From the human T2T-CHM13v2.0 reference genome, Homo sapiens, in NCBI RefSeq assembly GCF_009914755.1, contig NC_060926.1: a stretch of 64,000 nt of DNA, one strand, 5' to 3'. The notes below the pieces were generated by a model. The model was not told where the DNA came from, searched no databases, and saw nothing but the letters and a program-made list of their open reading frames with translations. A program made the position numbers and the translations under genes. Each line of letters begins with the position of its first letter. The stretch's first letter is position 1. Positions 28,439 to 39,905 of the stretch are shown piece by piece.

Positions 28439-29141
28439 TGATCGGGTTTGGATTTGTGTCCCCGCCCAGATCTCATGCCAATTATCATTCCCAATGAGGG
28501 TGGTGGGGCCTGGTGGGAGGTGATGGGATCATGGGGGCGGAGTTCCCAGGAACGGTTTCCTGCCATCCGCTTGGTGCTGTTCTCAAGATAGTGAGTTCTT
28601 GTGAGATCTGGTTGTTTAAAAGTGTGTAGCACTCGCGACCCCACTCTTTCTCCTGCTCCTGCCCTGTAAGCTGCCTGCTCCCCATTTGCGTTCCGCCGCG
28701 ACTGAAAGCTTCCTGAAGTCTCCCCAGAAGCCGAAGCCGCTACGCTTCCTGTACAGCCTGCAGAACCGTGAGCCAATTAAACCTCTGGTATTTCTTTCTT
28801 TTTCTTTTTTTTCTTTCTTTGAGACGGAGTCTCATTCTGTCGCCCAGGCCTGAGTGCAGTAGCGCGATCTTGGCTCACTGCAACCTCCTCCTCCCAGGTT
28901 CAAGCGATTCTCCTGCCTCAGCCTCTTGAGTAGCTGAAATTACAGGCGCCCACCACGACGCCCAGCTAATTTATATATTTTTTGTAGAGACGGGGTTTCA
29001 CCATGTTGGCCAGACTGGTCTTGAACTCCTGACCTCAGGTGATCTGCCCCCCTCGGCCTATCAAAGTGCTGGGATTAGAGGTGTGAGCCACTGCGCCTGG
29101 CCTGGTATTTCTTTATCACAATGCGAGAACGGACTAACACA
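28439..29141 (+). mobile_element. MST-type MaLR solo LTR containing an Alu
   Basis: TG...GGACTAACACA termini, TSD GTGGG. Confidence 0.88.
28788..29102 (-). mobile_element. Alu (S-type) nested in the LTR
   Basis: Antisense dimer; TSD CTGGTATTTCTTT. Confidence 0.93.
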
Positions 29142-29659
29142 GTGGGGAGATGTATTTCTTTTTCAGGTGGGCACATTGCATGCCACAGGGATTTTGCTGG
29201 TAAAGCAGGAGAGGAGGGTGGCTGTGAGGGAATAGCTAGCAGCTGGTGGCCTCTCCTGGCACCTGTCCTTTCTCCTCTATCTTCTGCTTTACCTAAGTAA
29301 AAGAGTCAGGTGTTTTCTTTCCAAATTAAGATGACCTCATTCCTTTGCTGAATGGCTCCTCATGGCTTTTCCAAGTAAGTGTAAACACCTGTGCCTAGAA
29401 TGTGTAGCCTCAAACAATATCGTCCCAATCTCTTTGCCTGGGGCTTCCTCTCTTCTCTGATTTACACACCCAAGTCCAAGTTGTGTCCCACTTCCCTGTC
29501 CCACGTGCCATGCCTTGGGTGCACTACGTTTCCTGCTCGCCTCCCTTTATCTGGGCTTCCTTCCTTTGGATCACAGCCTCCCAGGAACATGCTCCTGTTT
29601 CGAGGGTCAAGTCAGAGGATTTCTACAGTGTTCTCCCTGTGCTATTTGGTGCATTAATA

Positions 29660-29998
<339 letters not shown>

Positions 29999-30199
29999 TA
30001 GGTACCTAGTATGTGCAGGATGTGGCAAATAAGACAAACCTAGTCCCTGTCCAATATCCAGGTGCAGAGGTTGGCATTAAAAGATAGTGGGGCATTGGAT
30101 GGGAAGCTAGAATCAGGCTACAGAGAGCATGCCTGCCATTTCCAATTAGTTCCTTCGGAATGTTTACTTCTCAAGCAGAGCACTTGTGGCAGGAAACTG

Positions 30200-30920
30200 T
30201 CGTCATCTCAGAAAGGTAGAAAAGCCTCTCCGCTATTATTCTCATTGCTTTTTGTTCTTTCCAAACTCTCCAGTGTGCTTGGGGATGATGTTAATAGATG
30301 GATGTCATCAGCATACATTATTTCTTTATTAGCCCGTTTCTCAATTTTGATTCTGAAAATACCCTGATTTAGTCTAATTGCAATTTCACTGTGTTCCACA
30401 GGCAGTGACAGTTCATACTTGGGGGGAGCTGAGACGCGACCCTGTAGGATTTTTTTTCTTGTCCATATGCCTTTGAAGCCGGACCATTAGCTCTAAGGCA
30501 TGCATCTCATCTCATCACAGTGTCATTCAACCTGCTTCTGGGGAAAAAAAAAGAGCCTAGGGTGTGTGTCTCGTAGAAAGCAAAGAAACATTTTAATTCT
30601 AGGTGGTGGGAGATATTTTTCTGTATTTAAAGAGAGGGCTGCTGCAGCAGCCATTTTGTTCCTAAATAATTCAACTATATTCAAAGATAATCTGATGTTA
30701 TTGTAGGAAAGTGTATTTCTAATAAATTCCACTTGATCTGGGTGAATCAATTCAGGCAGCGCATAATTGAGTCTGTTAGCAAGGACTTTAGCAAGAATTT
30801 TGCAATCAGCGTTAATTAAGAAGATGGGACAATAATTTGTGCATAATTCCGGATCTTTTCCTGGCTTGTGAATCAAAGTAATAAGAGCAATGCTCAGGCT
30901 GGTGGTGGGATAGTGTCATT
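30200..30920 (-). mobile_element. Ancient L1/Tx1-clade LINE reverse-transcriptase fossil
   Basis: ALITLIHKPGKDPELCTNYCPIFLINADCKILAKVLANRL..LPELIHPDQ.EF..NIR..LSLNTEK, followed by IAIRLNQGI..IMYADD. Confidence 0.85.
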
Positions 30921-31944
30921 AGGTGCTGATTTATAAGTACTTAGAAAGGTTTAATTTCATTTTGCTTCGAGCAGGGTCTCCCTGCCCCCACGCTCTCTGG
31001 TGGAGTGAGCAGTCAAGACAGCAGAGCGCTTCTCCTCCTGCCTGCCCTGCCGTGGGTGACCTCTCGCTTCCCATTTCTGTTTTTATTCTCCAGCCTAGCA
31101 CCCCACTTACTTGCCCATGATTTTTTGGGATTATTTTTGCTCAATGATTTGAAACCAGGGACTCTATCTACTGAGATTGTGTGCACGTGTGCATGACTGT
31201 GTGTGTGCGTGTGTACATATGCATATGTATGCTTCATGTCAGATTAAAGGGTTGTAGACAGCTTCACTGGGAAGTTTTTTCAGGGACGTTCCTGCAAAAT
31301 GTCTCTGGGTGGGTAGGCAGCAAGAGCCCCTGACTACAAGTCAGGAAGCATACCTGCTCCTGCTCTGCTCCTAACTGGCTGTTGACCAGCAAGTGAACAC
31401 AGGTGAGCAGCAGTGTTCCGGTCTGTAGAACGCAGCTGTGGGATGAACTACAGGTGCCGTGGAGCACGGGAAAGGGCACTGGGTTTACAGTGCCAATTGT
31501 CTGTGGAACCCAAGGTGTGTCATGCAACTTCTCCAAGCCTCATTTTCCTCAGCTGGAGGAGTGGAAAGGGGAGAGCTCTTGGAGATGCTCTCACCTGTTC
31601 TCCAGGGAACAGCAGGGACTTGCGGCATTGCCAATTCCTCCTTCTTTGCCTCCGTGTAGGACCAGTTTCAGTTTGAACATACCCTGATTTGGGGACTTAT
31701 TCTTCCTAAGCCTTGAGCCAAGCTGCTGCTTAATCTGTGCATATGAGTTCGTAAACCAGCTTCCTATGCACCTTCCAGCTGGTATCCTCGCTGCCTACTT
31801 GACCTGAAACTCACCACTGGAGGCCTTCCTTCGAAGGCAGGGTGTGGCCCACACAGGCCCCTGTTAGAATCCACCACTCCTGGGAAGGCAGTGTGGGTCG
31901 GGAGGCTTTGTTGATCCCCTCCACAAACACAAGCCATTCGTCTT

Positions 31945-32135
31945 AGAACCTGAGTTAGTCCAATTGGTAAAGATGCTTAGTGATGATCCAGACCAATCCA
32001 TTTTTGAAAATGAGGAAATTAAGGTTCAAAGAGGTGGTCTGACATGTTCAAGGTCACACAGGTCACGGGAGAGCTTAGGCAAGAAACTGGGTCCCCTTCC
32101 TCTCAGTCCCTTGCCCTTCCCATTACACCACATCT
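31945..32135. mobile_element. MIR SINE (MIR3/MIRc-like)
   Basis: 'atgaggaaattaaggttcaaagaggt...caaggtcacacag' core with both flanks. Confidence 0.8.
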
Positions 32136-34791
32136 TGGCACCATCATCAATGGGTACGCTCTTGTCACTGTGTTGGAAAATGATTCCTCTAAGGCGGGAG
32201 CTGTGCTCATTTAATTTAGAGTCAGCCGTTTGGTTTGTCCTGAGTGATGTTATTCTCCAGGCATAAGGAAGGATGTCTGAGTTAAAGGAGCAGGGGATAT
32301 GGCCCATGTGTCATGGTTCGCCCTGCATCAAGCCTTAGATGAGAAGTCTAATTCTGCAAATGGACCCCATTTTCACATGTGTGCACATGTCCGTGGTGTG
32401 TTTACCCACACTCATTCCCCACCTATACATGACGCTGGTGAGATCTCTTAATAAAAACTCAATTAGTATTTCTTTAACTTTCCTCTGGGTGCTTAAATAC
32501 TATTACCCCAAACACAACATAATGCCTCTATTTTTCTATTTCAATCAAGAATTCAAGTAGCATCTTGACTTGTATATAATATATCAGCAGCAAAATCATG
32601 GAATGCTGACATCCTTAATAATAGCAATTAGTAATCAGTTGTTTCTTAAGTCGTTTGATTACACCAGTTACCAAATTGTACAGTTGATGCATTTGGGGGG
32701 CGAGATGGGTCTCACTGCCCCTCCCCCAGCCGTCCTTTCTCCCTCTCTGTGTTCTCTGCAGCTACTAACCAATTGGTATTGAAAAGAGGCAAGCACAAAT
32801 AATGCAGTTGTTGCTAATATTAAACAGTAGAGACTTGGCTTTAGCAGAAAGTAGAATTAAATATTTCTTTGCAGAAACCCAAATCCCAATAGTGTCTGTG
32901 GAAATGCAGTCTGTGCCCACCCAGCTGAAGGTGAGCAAAGGAGCTTAGCTCTTCCATGCCAATCACTGCACCCAGAGTCCAAGCTTTCTCTCAGGGTTAA
33001 TACCCTGTGCTAGGCTCTGGATATAATCGAGTGTTAGGCGAGGTTCTGGCCCTAGAAGAGGTGGCATTCAGGTTTGAATTATCCAGTTGGTATATAAAAA
33101 GCAGCCTAGCAAGGCCATGCACTTCCGTAATGGATGGAGACTAAGGGCTTTATGCTTTCATGCAGGGAGGATGCACGATTTCTGTCCCAGTGGGAAGGGA
33201 TGGCCTTCCAGTGGACGTGACCTCCCCTGCATGGGGTCGGAAGGATGAGATGGCAAAGGTGAGCAGAGGAGGTGCAGCCCTGGCTGGGAGGATCCTGTTG
33301 GGATGGGGATGCTGACTGTAGAGCGTGGGGGGCTCAGCCTCAGTGAGCCCAGCAGGATGTTGGGCATCTCAGGTCCATCCTTGCAGGAGAGCAGGTGCCT
33401 TCACAAGGGCACAGGCCAGTTGCCTGTTTAAGAGAATTCTGACTGATGGCCATTCTCCTGCCTAATGCCTGCCTCAGCAGGGTATGTTCTGTGCTTTCCC
33501 CCAATGTCTGCTGGGGCTAAAATTTTCAGTTCCTTTGACTTCTGCCTGCACCAAGGTGGGGGCACATGTTCACCTGAGGGACTTCTCCAGAAAAAGCCCT
33601 TTCCACCATTGGATGCCACTTTTTCTCTATGCTTTTTTTTGGTGATGTTGACATGGATGCATCAAAATAAATTCTGTTTCTTTCTGTTCTATTTGGTGGG
33701 AGTAGTAAGTTCACAGGCCGATGAGCATGGTGATTGCACTGCAAGAGGCAAGGTCCTCAAGTGATCATGTTAACATGCAGAGCGAATGGTTACTTTTCTT
33801 TTTCTTATTTTTTCACATTGTCATCTTTAGAATAAAACTCAGAGTTCTGTCTACTGGGCTTGTCCTTGGGATAGAAACCTCTTCCCTCTTCTTTCCCCCA
33901 GGTACTTTTGCCAACATGACCCTCGACTCTTGCCTTCTCCTGGCTCAGGTGGGCATCACCAGCTCTGCCCCCTCTCTTGGCCCAGCCCTGTTTTCCTGTG
34001 TTATCATTCCTTCCTCTTCACATTCCTCCTCTCAGGGATTTCGGTGTTTGACAGTGTCCATTCCCAATATGTGCTGCATTTCAAGGTCATTGCCATAAGT
34101 TTTGACCACTGTTCAAAAATTGTAAAGACCCTACATGTAGCTTAGAATATAACAGCTCTTTCTCCCATCAAGGATGGTCCCCCCAAACTCGCCCTTACCT
34201 TGAGAAAGAGAACATTTGCTCCCACAGGAAAAAGGAACCTATGCCCATTTTAGGCTGCGACAGTGAGTCTTTGGGATTATGGCCTCAGAGAAGCATGGAG
34301 AAGGAGGGAACCTAAACGATGAACCAAGCCAGCAGTGGTTCCCAAGGAGCATCTGCAAATCACCAATTCTACGGGTTGTCAGCAGACATGAAAGTGAGGT
34401 TCTGGGTTGAGATGAGAAACCGTGCCAAATGCAATTGCAATCCTTAAGTCCCTTTGTGGTAAAACTCCTCCAAGCCTTTGATATGTCATCGTGCCAGTCT
34501 CTGAGGGGAGGCCCCAGCAGAAAGCAGTTCCCAAGCTCATCCCACCATGGAGCTCTTCTCAGGAAGCTTGTGGGTCTCTGTGTGGGAAGCACTAATCTAA
34601 TCTCATACCCTCGTTAATAAATGGAGACGTTGGTCTCGAGACAGACAGTGAGTTTCCTGAGGTTACACAGCTCAGTGGAGTAGAGGTTCAATAAATCATC
34701 ATAATCACAGTTCCCTCTTGTTTCTATCTTAGCTGGTGGCCCTATCCTCTATTCATCACCACAACCTTCCCATTGAGCCCCCCAATTATTT

Positions 34792-34931
34792 GTAAAGATG
34801 CTTAGAGATGATCCACACCAATCCCCTTTTTGAAAATGAGGAAATTAAGGTTCAAAGAGGTGGTGTGACATGTGCAAGGTCACACAGGTCATGGGAGAGC
34901 TTAGGCAAGAACCTGGGTCCCTTTCCTCTCA
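34792..34931. repeat. Local direct copy of 31967-32105
   Basis: About 140 bp, differing at only ~10 positions. Confidence 0.9.
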
Positions 34932-35331
34932 TCTTTGTTACTTTGCCTTTGTGTCTTCCTTTGCATTGGCTTAGACTCTTGCCATCTCTCACCTGGGCAA
35001 CTGCCTTCAATGAACTCCCAGCTAGACTCATCTCCTTCCTAGCCTTTCTCTGCCTCCTTCAAATCCTAGTTTCCCATGTTAGCCAGAGTGGCATACCCCA
35101 AATGAACGTCTGACCGTGTTGCTCCCTGCACCCTTGTCCTGAAGTCCAGCCTGCTTTCTCTGTGATAAAGTCACTGATAACGCGTGCCCTAGGATCATGT
35201 GTTTAATCATTTAGCATACCATCGTCCTGAATTGAAGCAACCTGGAACAGACCCAAGCACTTTAAACATGTCATTAGTATCAAATTGTCCCTGCAGTGCT
35301 GAATCATTAGGTAGGAAATAGTACATGTGTA

Positions 35332-35703
35332 TGTGTCAGTCTGTTTTCTTCCTGCTGATAAAGACATACCAGAGACTGAGTAATTTATAAAGACAATGAG
35401 GTTTAACGGACTCACAGTTCCACGTGGCTGGGGAGGCCTCACAATCATGGCAGAAGGTGAGGGAAGAACAAAGACACGTTTTACATGGTGGCAGGCAAGA
35501 GATAAGGAGAGCCAAGTGAAAGGGGAAGCCCCTTATAAAACCATCAGATCTCGTGAGACTTATTCACTACCACAATAATCGTATGGTGGAAACTGTCCCC
35601 ATGATTCAATTATCTCCCACTGGGTCCCTCCCACAACACGTGGGAATTGTGGGAGCTATAATTCAAGATGAGATTTGGGTGGGGACACAGCCAAACCATA
35701 TCA
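35332..35703 (-). mobile_element. THE1-type MaLR solo LTR
   Basis: 'gctgataaagacatacc...ggggacacagccaaaccatatca'. Confidence 0.9.
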
Positions 35704-37799
35704 GTATGTAATTTATAACTGTGGAAGGAATGTAACTTTCTTATAACAATTTTCATAGTTTCAAGTGTTTGGTAAAATGAGACACACAGTAAAGATTTTG
35801 CAGGGCAATTAGTAATGTGAAAAGAAAGGATATTTAGGTTCAGGATTCCCAATACACAAATCTTCAACCGGCTGGGACTGGTTTATGAAGGAAGAGCTGT
35901 TGAGAGGACGCTTGCTGTAGTCAGGATCCCAACAGAAAGCAGATGGCATGAGCTCAGGGCATGCTGAAGGCAGGCCGGGTTACAGGGGCTACAGGAGACC
36001 ACTTACAGGTGGCAGCAGCCACAGCGGATGGCCATTCCTAACCCTGTACCTGATAGGGCTGGAGGAGGGGCAGGAGCTGCTGGGCAGGAGCCAAGCCTTC
36101 CACAGAAGGAGGCTGCTAAACCCAGCAGCGATCTGGCAGGGAGGGCCGGGGAAGCACTTGCCCTACCCTCACTTTCCTCCAACTCCTATCATTAGTGGCA
36201 CCCAACAGGAGCCAGAGGGCAAGTGGGACTGATGCAGTTTGCAGAGATCAGCCTCGGGGGGGTGCTTGGGCACGGTGGGCCTAAAGGGTGAATGCAAGAT
36301 GTACAGCTCAGCACTCCCAGTCCAATCACTGCTTGTGATGACAACCTCCCCTAAACCCCCCCCAGGGCAATCTTCTAGAGAGATGGAAGGTACCAAGTTT
36401 GGGATCATGGCTCCTGGGCCTATGGACCCCCGCCAGATATTAGGAAAACCAAGGTGAAGAGGAAGCAAGAGAAGGTTCCTCCCTAAAGCGACTTGCTTAA
36501 GTCCCCACTGAAAGGCAGCCCAGAAAGTAGACCCAAACCAAGGGAGGGGGGGCGGACCCCCTCGGAAGTTCCAATCTCAGACTCCTCGCCTCAGCACCCT
36601 GCAAGCTCCATTCCCTAGCAGCAACTCCCACTCATGTCCCATCTGTGTTCCTCCTGCATGTTGCGCACACGTGTGCATGTGATGCATGTACTTGCGTGTG
36701 CGTGTGTGCACCTATGTTGGGAGGGAGAATGGGGGTGGAAAGGAGCCCTCAGCATCCCTTAGAGGCCAAGACTAACCTTGTCCCCTAATCTGACAAGCTG
36801 GGAAACAGCACAATACAACTAAAAGTAAATCACAGGTCAGGAAAACACTTTCAGGAAACCTAACAAAGGGATGATGTCTATGTTACGTGAAGAAGTCCTA
36901 CAAAATGATAAAAATGATTCCAAGAGATGGAGAGTTCCTGCCCAAGACCCAAATAGACAGGTCTTGCACCTGATGAGGCCTACAAAGAAAAAATCCTATG
37001 GACAAGACTTTGTCCAGACCTGCAAAGAAAGGATGGGCGACAGGCAGTGAAGAATTACCAGTGTGTGCTTATCAAATGGCAATTTAATACAAACATTCAT
37101 TACCAGTGATGCTCCTTGGTGAGGTTGTGGTGAAACACATCACCTCACTGTCAGAGGGAACAGAAACCCTTGCGGAAAACAATTTGGAACCAATTTAGAA
37201 ACAATACAATTTGAAAAAATGTTATGTTCTTGTTCCAGTTATATGGCTCCTAGGAATTTATGGTAAGGATATAATCCCAAAAAAGAAAAAAGCCGTATGA
37301 ATCCTAATAAAGATGTTCGTTACAGCATTATTTATAGAAGCAAAAAGGTAACCAAATACTATCTTTTTGTAGGCATTTGGTTTAAGTATTTCAGTAGGGG
37401 ATTGAAATTGGGAAGACTATGTAGCAACATGGAAAATGCTTTAGATTTAGATTTTGTAGATCTCAAGGGAGCAGAACACACAATTATGTGTATGATATGG
37501 TTATCAGTGGGTGAAATTTACACACGCAAATGGACAGGCTTGGAAAACAATGGAGCCACAGAGCAGCCACTGTGGTAGGATTAGTTTTTTTGTGTTGTGT
37601 TGCACTTGTTGCTTATGTCGCACACGCATGTACATGGTCTATGCAGTACACATATATGCATGTATGTATGAGAGTCAGATATCCGAGTACATATCATTTA
37701 CTTTTTCCAAACATTTGCCCCTCTACCTCCAGGATCTGCCCACCCCATCAGTGTAACTTAGTAATTAAATCCCAGATGCAGCAGGCTCGTTCTGGTTAC

Positions 37800-38004
37800 C
37801 TAGCAGCATGCCGGTGGGCAGCTGAGCCGAGGGGTCTTTCATCCAGTCGTCATTGGCCAGTTCTATCACAGCGTCCACAGGCGTGATTTCAGTGCAGATT
37901 AAATCCCTCACTCTCTCCTCATCTTTGGCATCCAGGGCAGACTTTAATCTCTTCACTAAATCTGAGTTGAGTGGGTAGTCGGGAAGGTAATCCGAGTTGG
38001 ACAT
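37800..38004 (-). CDS. ASB18: ASB18 coding exon 1 ([10 protein letters not shown]...PTGMLL+G), 205 nt, ends in phase 1
   Basis: ORF 37765-38004 matches the ASB18 N-terminus as I recall it; minus-strand donor CTAG|GTAACC at 37800/37799. Confidence 0.95.
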
Positions 38005-38059
38005 TGTTACGTCGTTTCTGCAGTGACCAGCCCTTCTTTTCTTCCTCTAAAGCGACTCC

Positions 38060-38170
38060 AAAGTCAGCAGCTGTCCGTGAGAGTGGCGTGGGGGCTGCTA
38101 TAAATAGCAGCACCCTGGCTCCTCTTACAGTCCCTGCGGAGGGCCACCTGCCAGCAGGGAGGTGTGAAGT
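38060..38170 (-). promoter_or_regulatory. ASB18 exon 1 core promoter: MEF2/TATA element, E-boxes, T-box half site
   Basis: CTATAAATAG 38098-38107 (MEF2 consensus; TATTTATA on minus strand), CAGCTG 38068-38073, CACCTG 38145-38150, AGGTGTGA 38160-38167, about 95-160 nt upstream of the ATG. Confidence 0.65.
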
Positions 38171-38906
38171 AATCTTTCCAGAGGCCTCAGCAAAGGATTA
38201 TTCTAGAGATGGGGGCAGCAGACATGTTTGTGAGTGGTGCAAGAAGGAGAGACAATATTTTCAAAGACAGCTTTCATGGGTATTGTTGAATAATATCTTC
38301 TTTTATCAAAAGTGAGGCTCTCTCCTGAAACTTTGAAAACCTCTTCCTGGCACTGGGCTTGGACCTCTATTCTGTGGAAAGGAACATTTTCTAATATTCT
38401 ACCCCTTGTGTTCCTTCACTTCCTCTAAAAGGAGCGTCTGGTCACCTGCAAATTGGACATGCCTCAAACGCATAGAATGGAATGGAATCTTTGGTTTCCA
38501 AATGCAGAGAAGGACTGGCTGATCTCAGGAAGACGGAAGCATCACAGAAAAACAAAAAAAAGTAACCTAAATATTACCTGTGACCTCCCTATGCCTCAAG
38601 GCTGGTAAACTTTGCTCAAAGCCTATAATTCCATGACTTGTGGAAGTGTGGAGCCCTCAGGGGGATTTCTGTGCACTCCTAGGGGCAAAGGTGGGGCTTT
38701 CTCTCCTTGACCTGTGTCTTCAGTGTGCTTGGGTCTCTGTGTGCCAACCTGTGCATAAGCACAGCTGTGCCTGAAGCTTCTCTGCTGATGCCAAGTGTGC
38801 TGTGGTCTCTGAGGGCCCAGGGCGGGCCGTGGAGCTTACAGGGCCTCCTTCGCCTTGCCTTCTATCTCGCCATCTTTTCCATTCCTTACTTTCTTTCTTC
38901 TCCCCT

Positions 38907-39320
38907 GTGCTTAATTTTATGTCTCAATTTGGCTAGGACCCCAGTGCCCAGAGACTTGGCCCAACACTAGTCTAGATGTTTCTATGAAGGTGTTTTTGGG
39001 ATCAGATTAGAATTTCTTGAACCGGCAGACTTGGAGTGAAGCCGATGGCTCTCCCTAATGTGTGTGGGCCTCCATCAATCAGTTGAACGTCTGAATAGAA
39101 CAAAAGACTGACTTTCCCTGAGCAAGAATGAATTCTGGCGGCAGACAGCCTTTGGTCTCAACCTCAGGTCTTCCCTGGGTCTCCAGCCTATCAGCCCACC
39201 CTGCTGATGATGGATTTACCAAGTCTGCACAATAGTATGAGCCAATTCTTGAAGAGAAATTCTCTCTCTCTCCCTACATAACTGTTGGTTCTGTTCCTCT
39301 GGAGAACACTGACTAATACA
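38907..39320 (+). mobile_element. MLT2 (ERVL) LTR
   Basis: 'ttaattttatgtctcaatttggctagg...ctggagaacactgactaataca'. Confidence 0.8.
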
Positions 39321-39429
39321 CCCTCTTCCTCCTTTCAGCTCATTTGTGTGATTTTCCAGCTTCTGTTCCATCTGCACTTGAGGTGCCAGGCACTGTAGTT
39401 CCTGCCCAACATCCATTCTCCTTCCACCT

Positions 39430-39905
39430 GCCCAACACAGCCTGGCTTTCTTGGTGGGGGCACTGTGCCCAGCCCCTGGGGATGAGTCATGTTGATTTAG
39501 GTCAGTAGTGTCAGTCCCAGTCTCCTTTGCCTGCACTCAATGTCCAGTCTCCCTTGCAACCCAGTTCTGGCTGCTGGGGTGAGTCTGGGAAGTTATGTGC
39601 TTTCCTGATCAAGAGGGACAGAAGTGACTGGCAACACCCTTTCCTGTTCTTGTTTCCTTGAACATGGACATGATATCTGGAGGTGCAGCAGCCACATCAC
39701 AGCTGGGAGGCAACAGATATGAAATGAAGGATTAACACAGAAAGGAGAGTGGGATGGAAAGCGGGGGAGAGACTGGGGATGACATTTCTGAACCCCTGCC
39801 CCAGCTCTGGGGCCCCAGCCACCAGACCTCTTGTCTTTATGCCATAAGCACTTTCTGTGTGTTTTCTGTTACATACAACTGAAGGCATTCTTGGTTGATA
39901 CAGGT
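39430..39905. mobile_element. MLT1-type MaLR LTR
   Basis: 'ggaggtgcagcagccacatcac...ttctgttacatacaactgaaggcattcttggttgataca'. Confidence 0.65.

Noticed and set aside
37919-38113. Possible overlapping upstream ORF of ASB18
   Set aside because: Starts at GTG upstream of the TATA/MEF2 element, so it is probably outside the transcript
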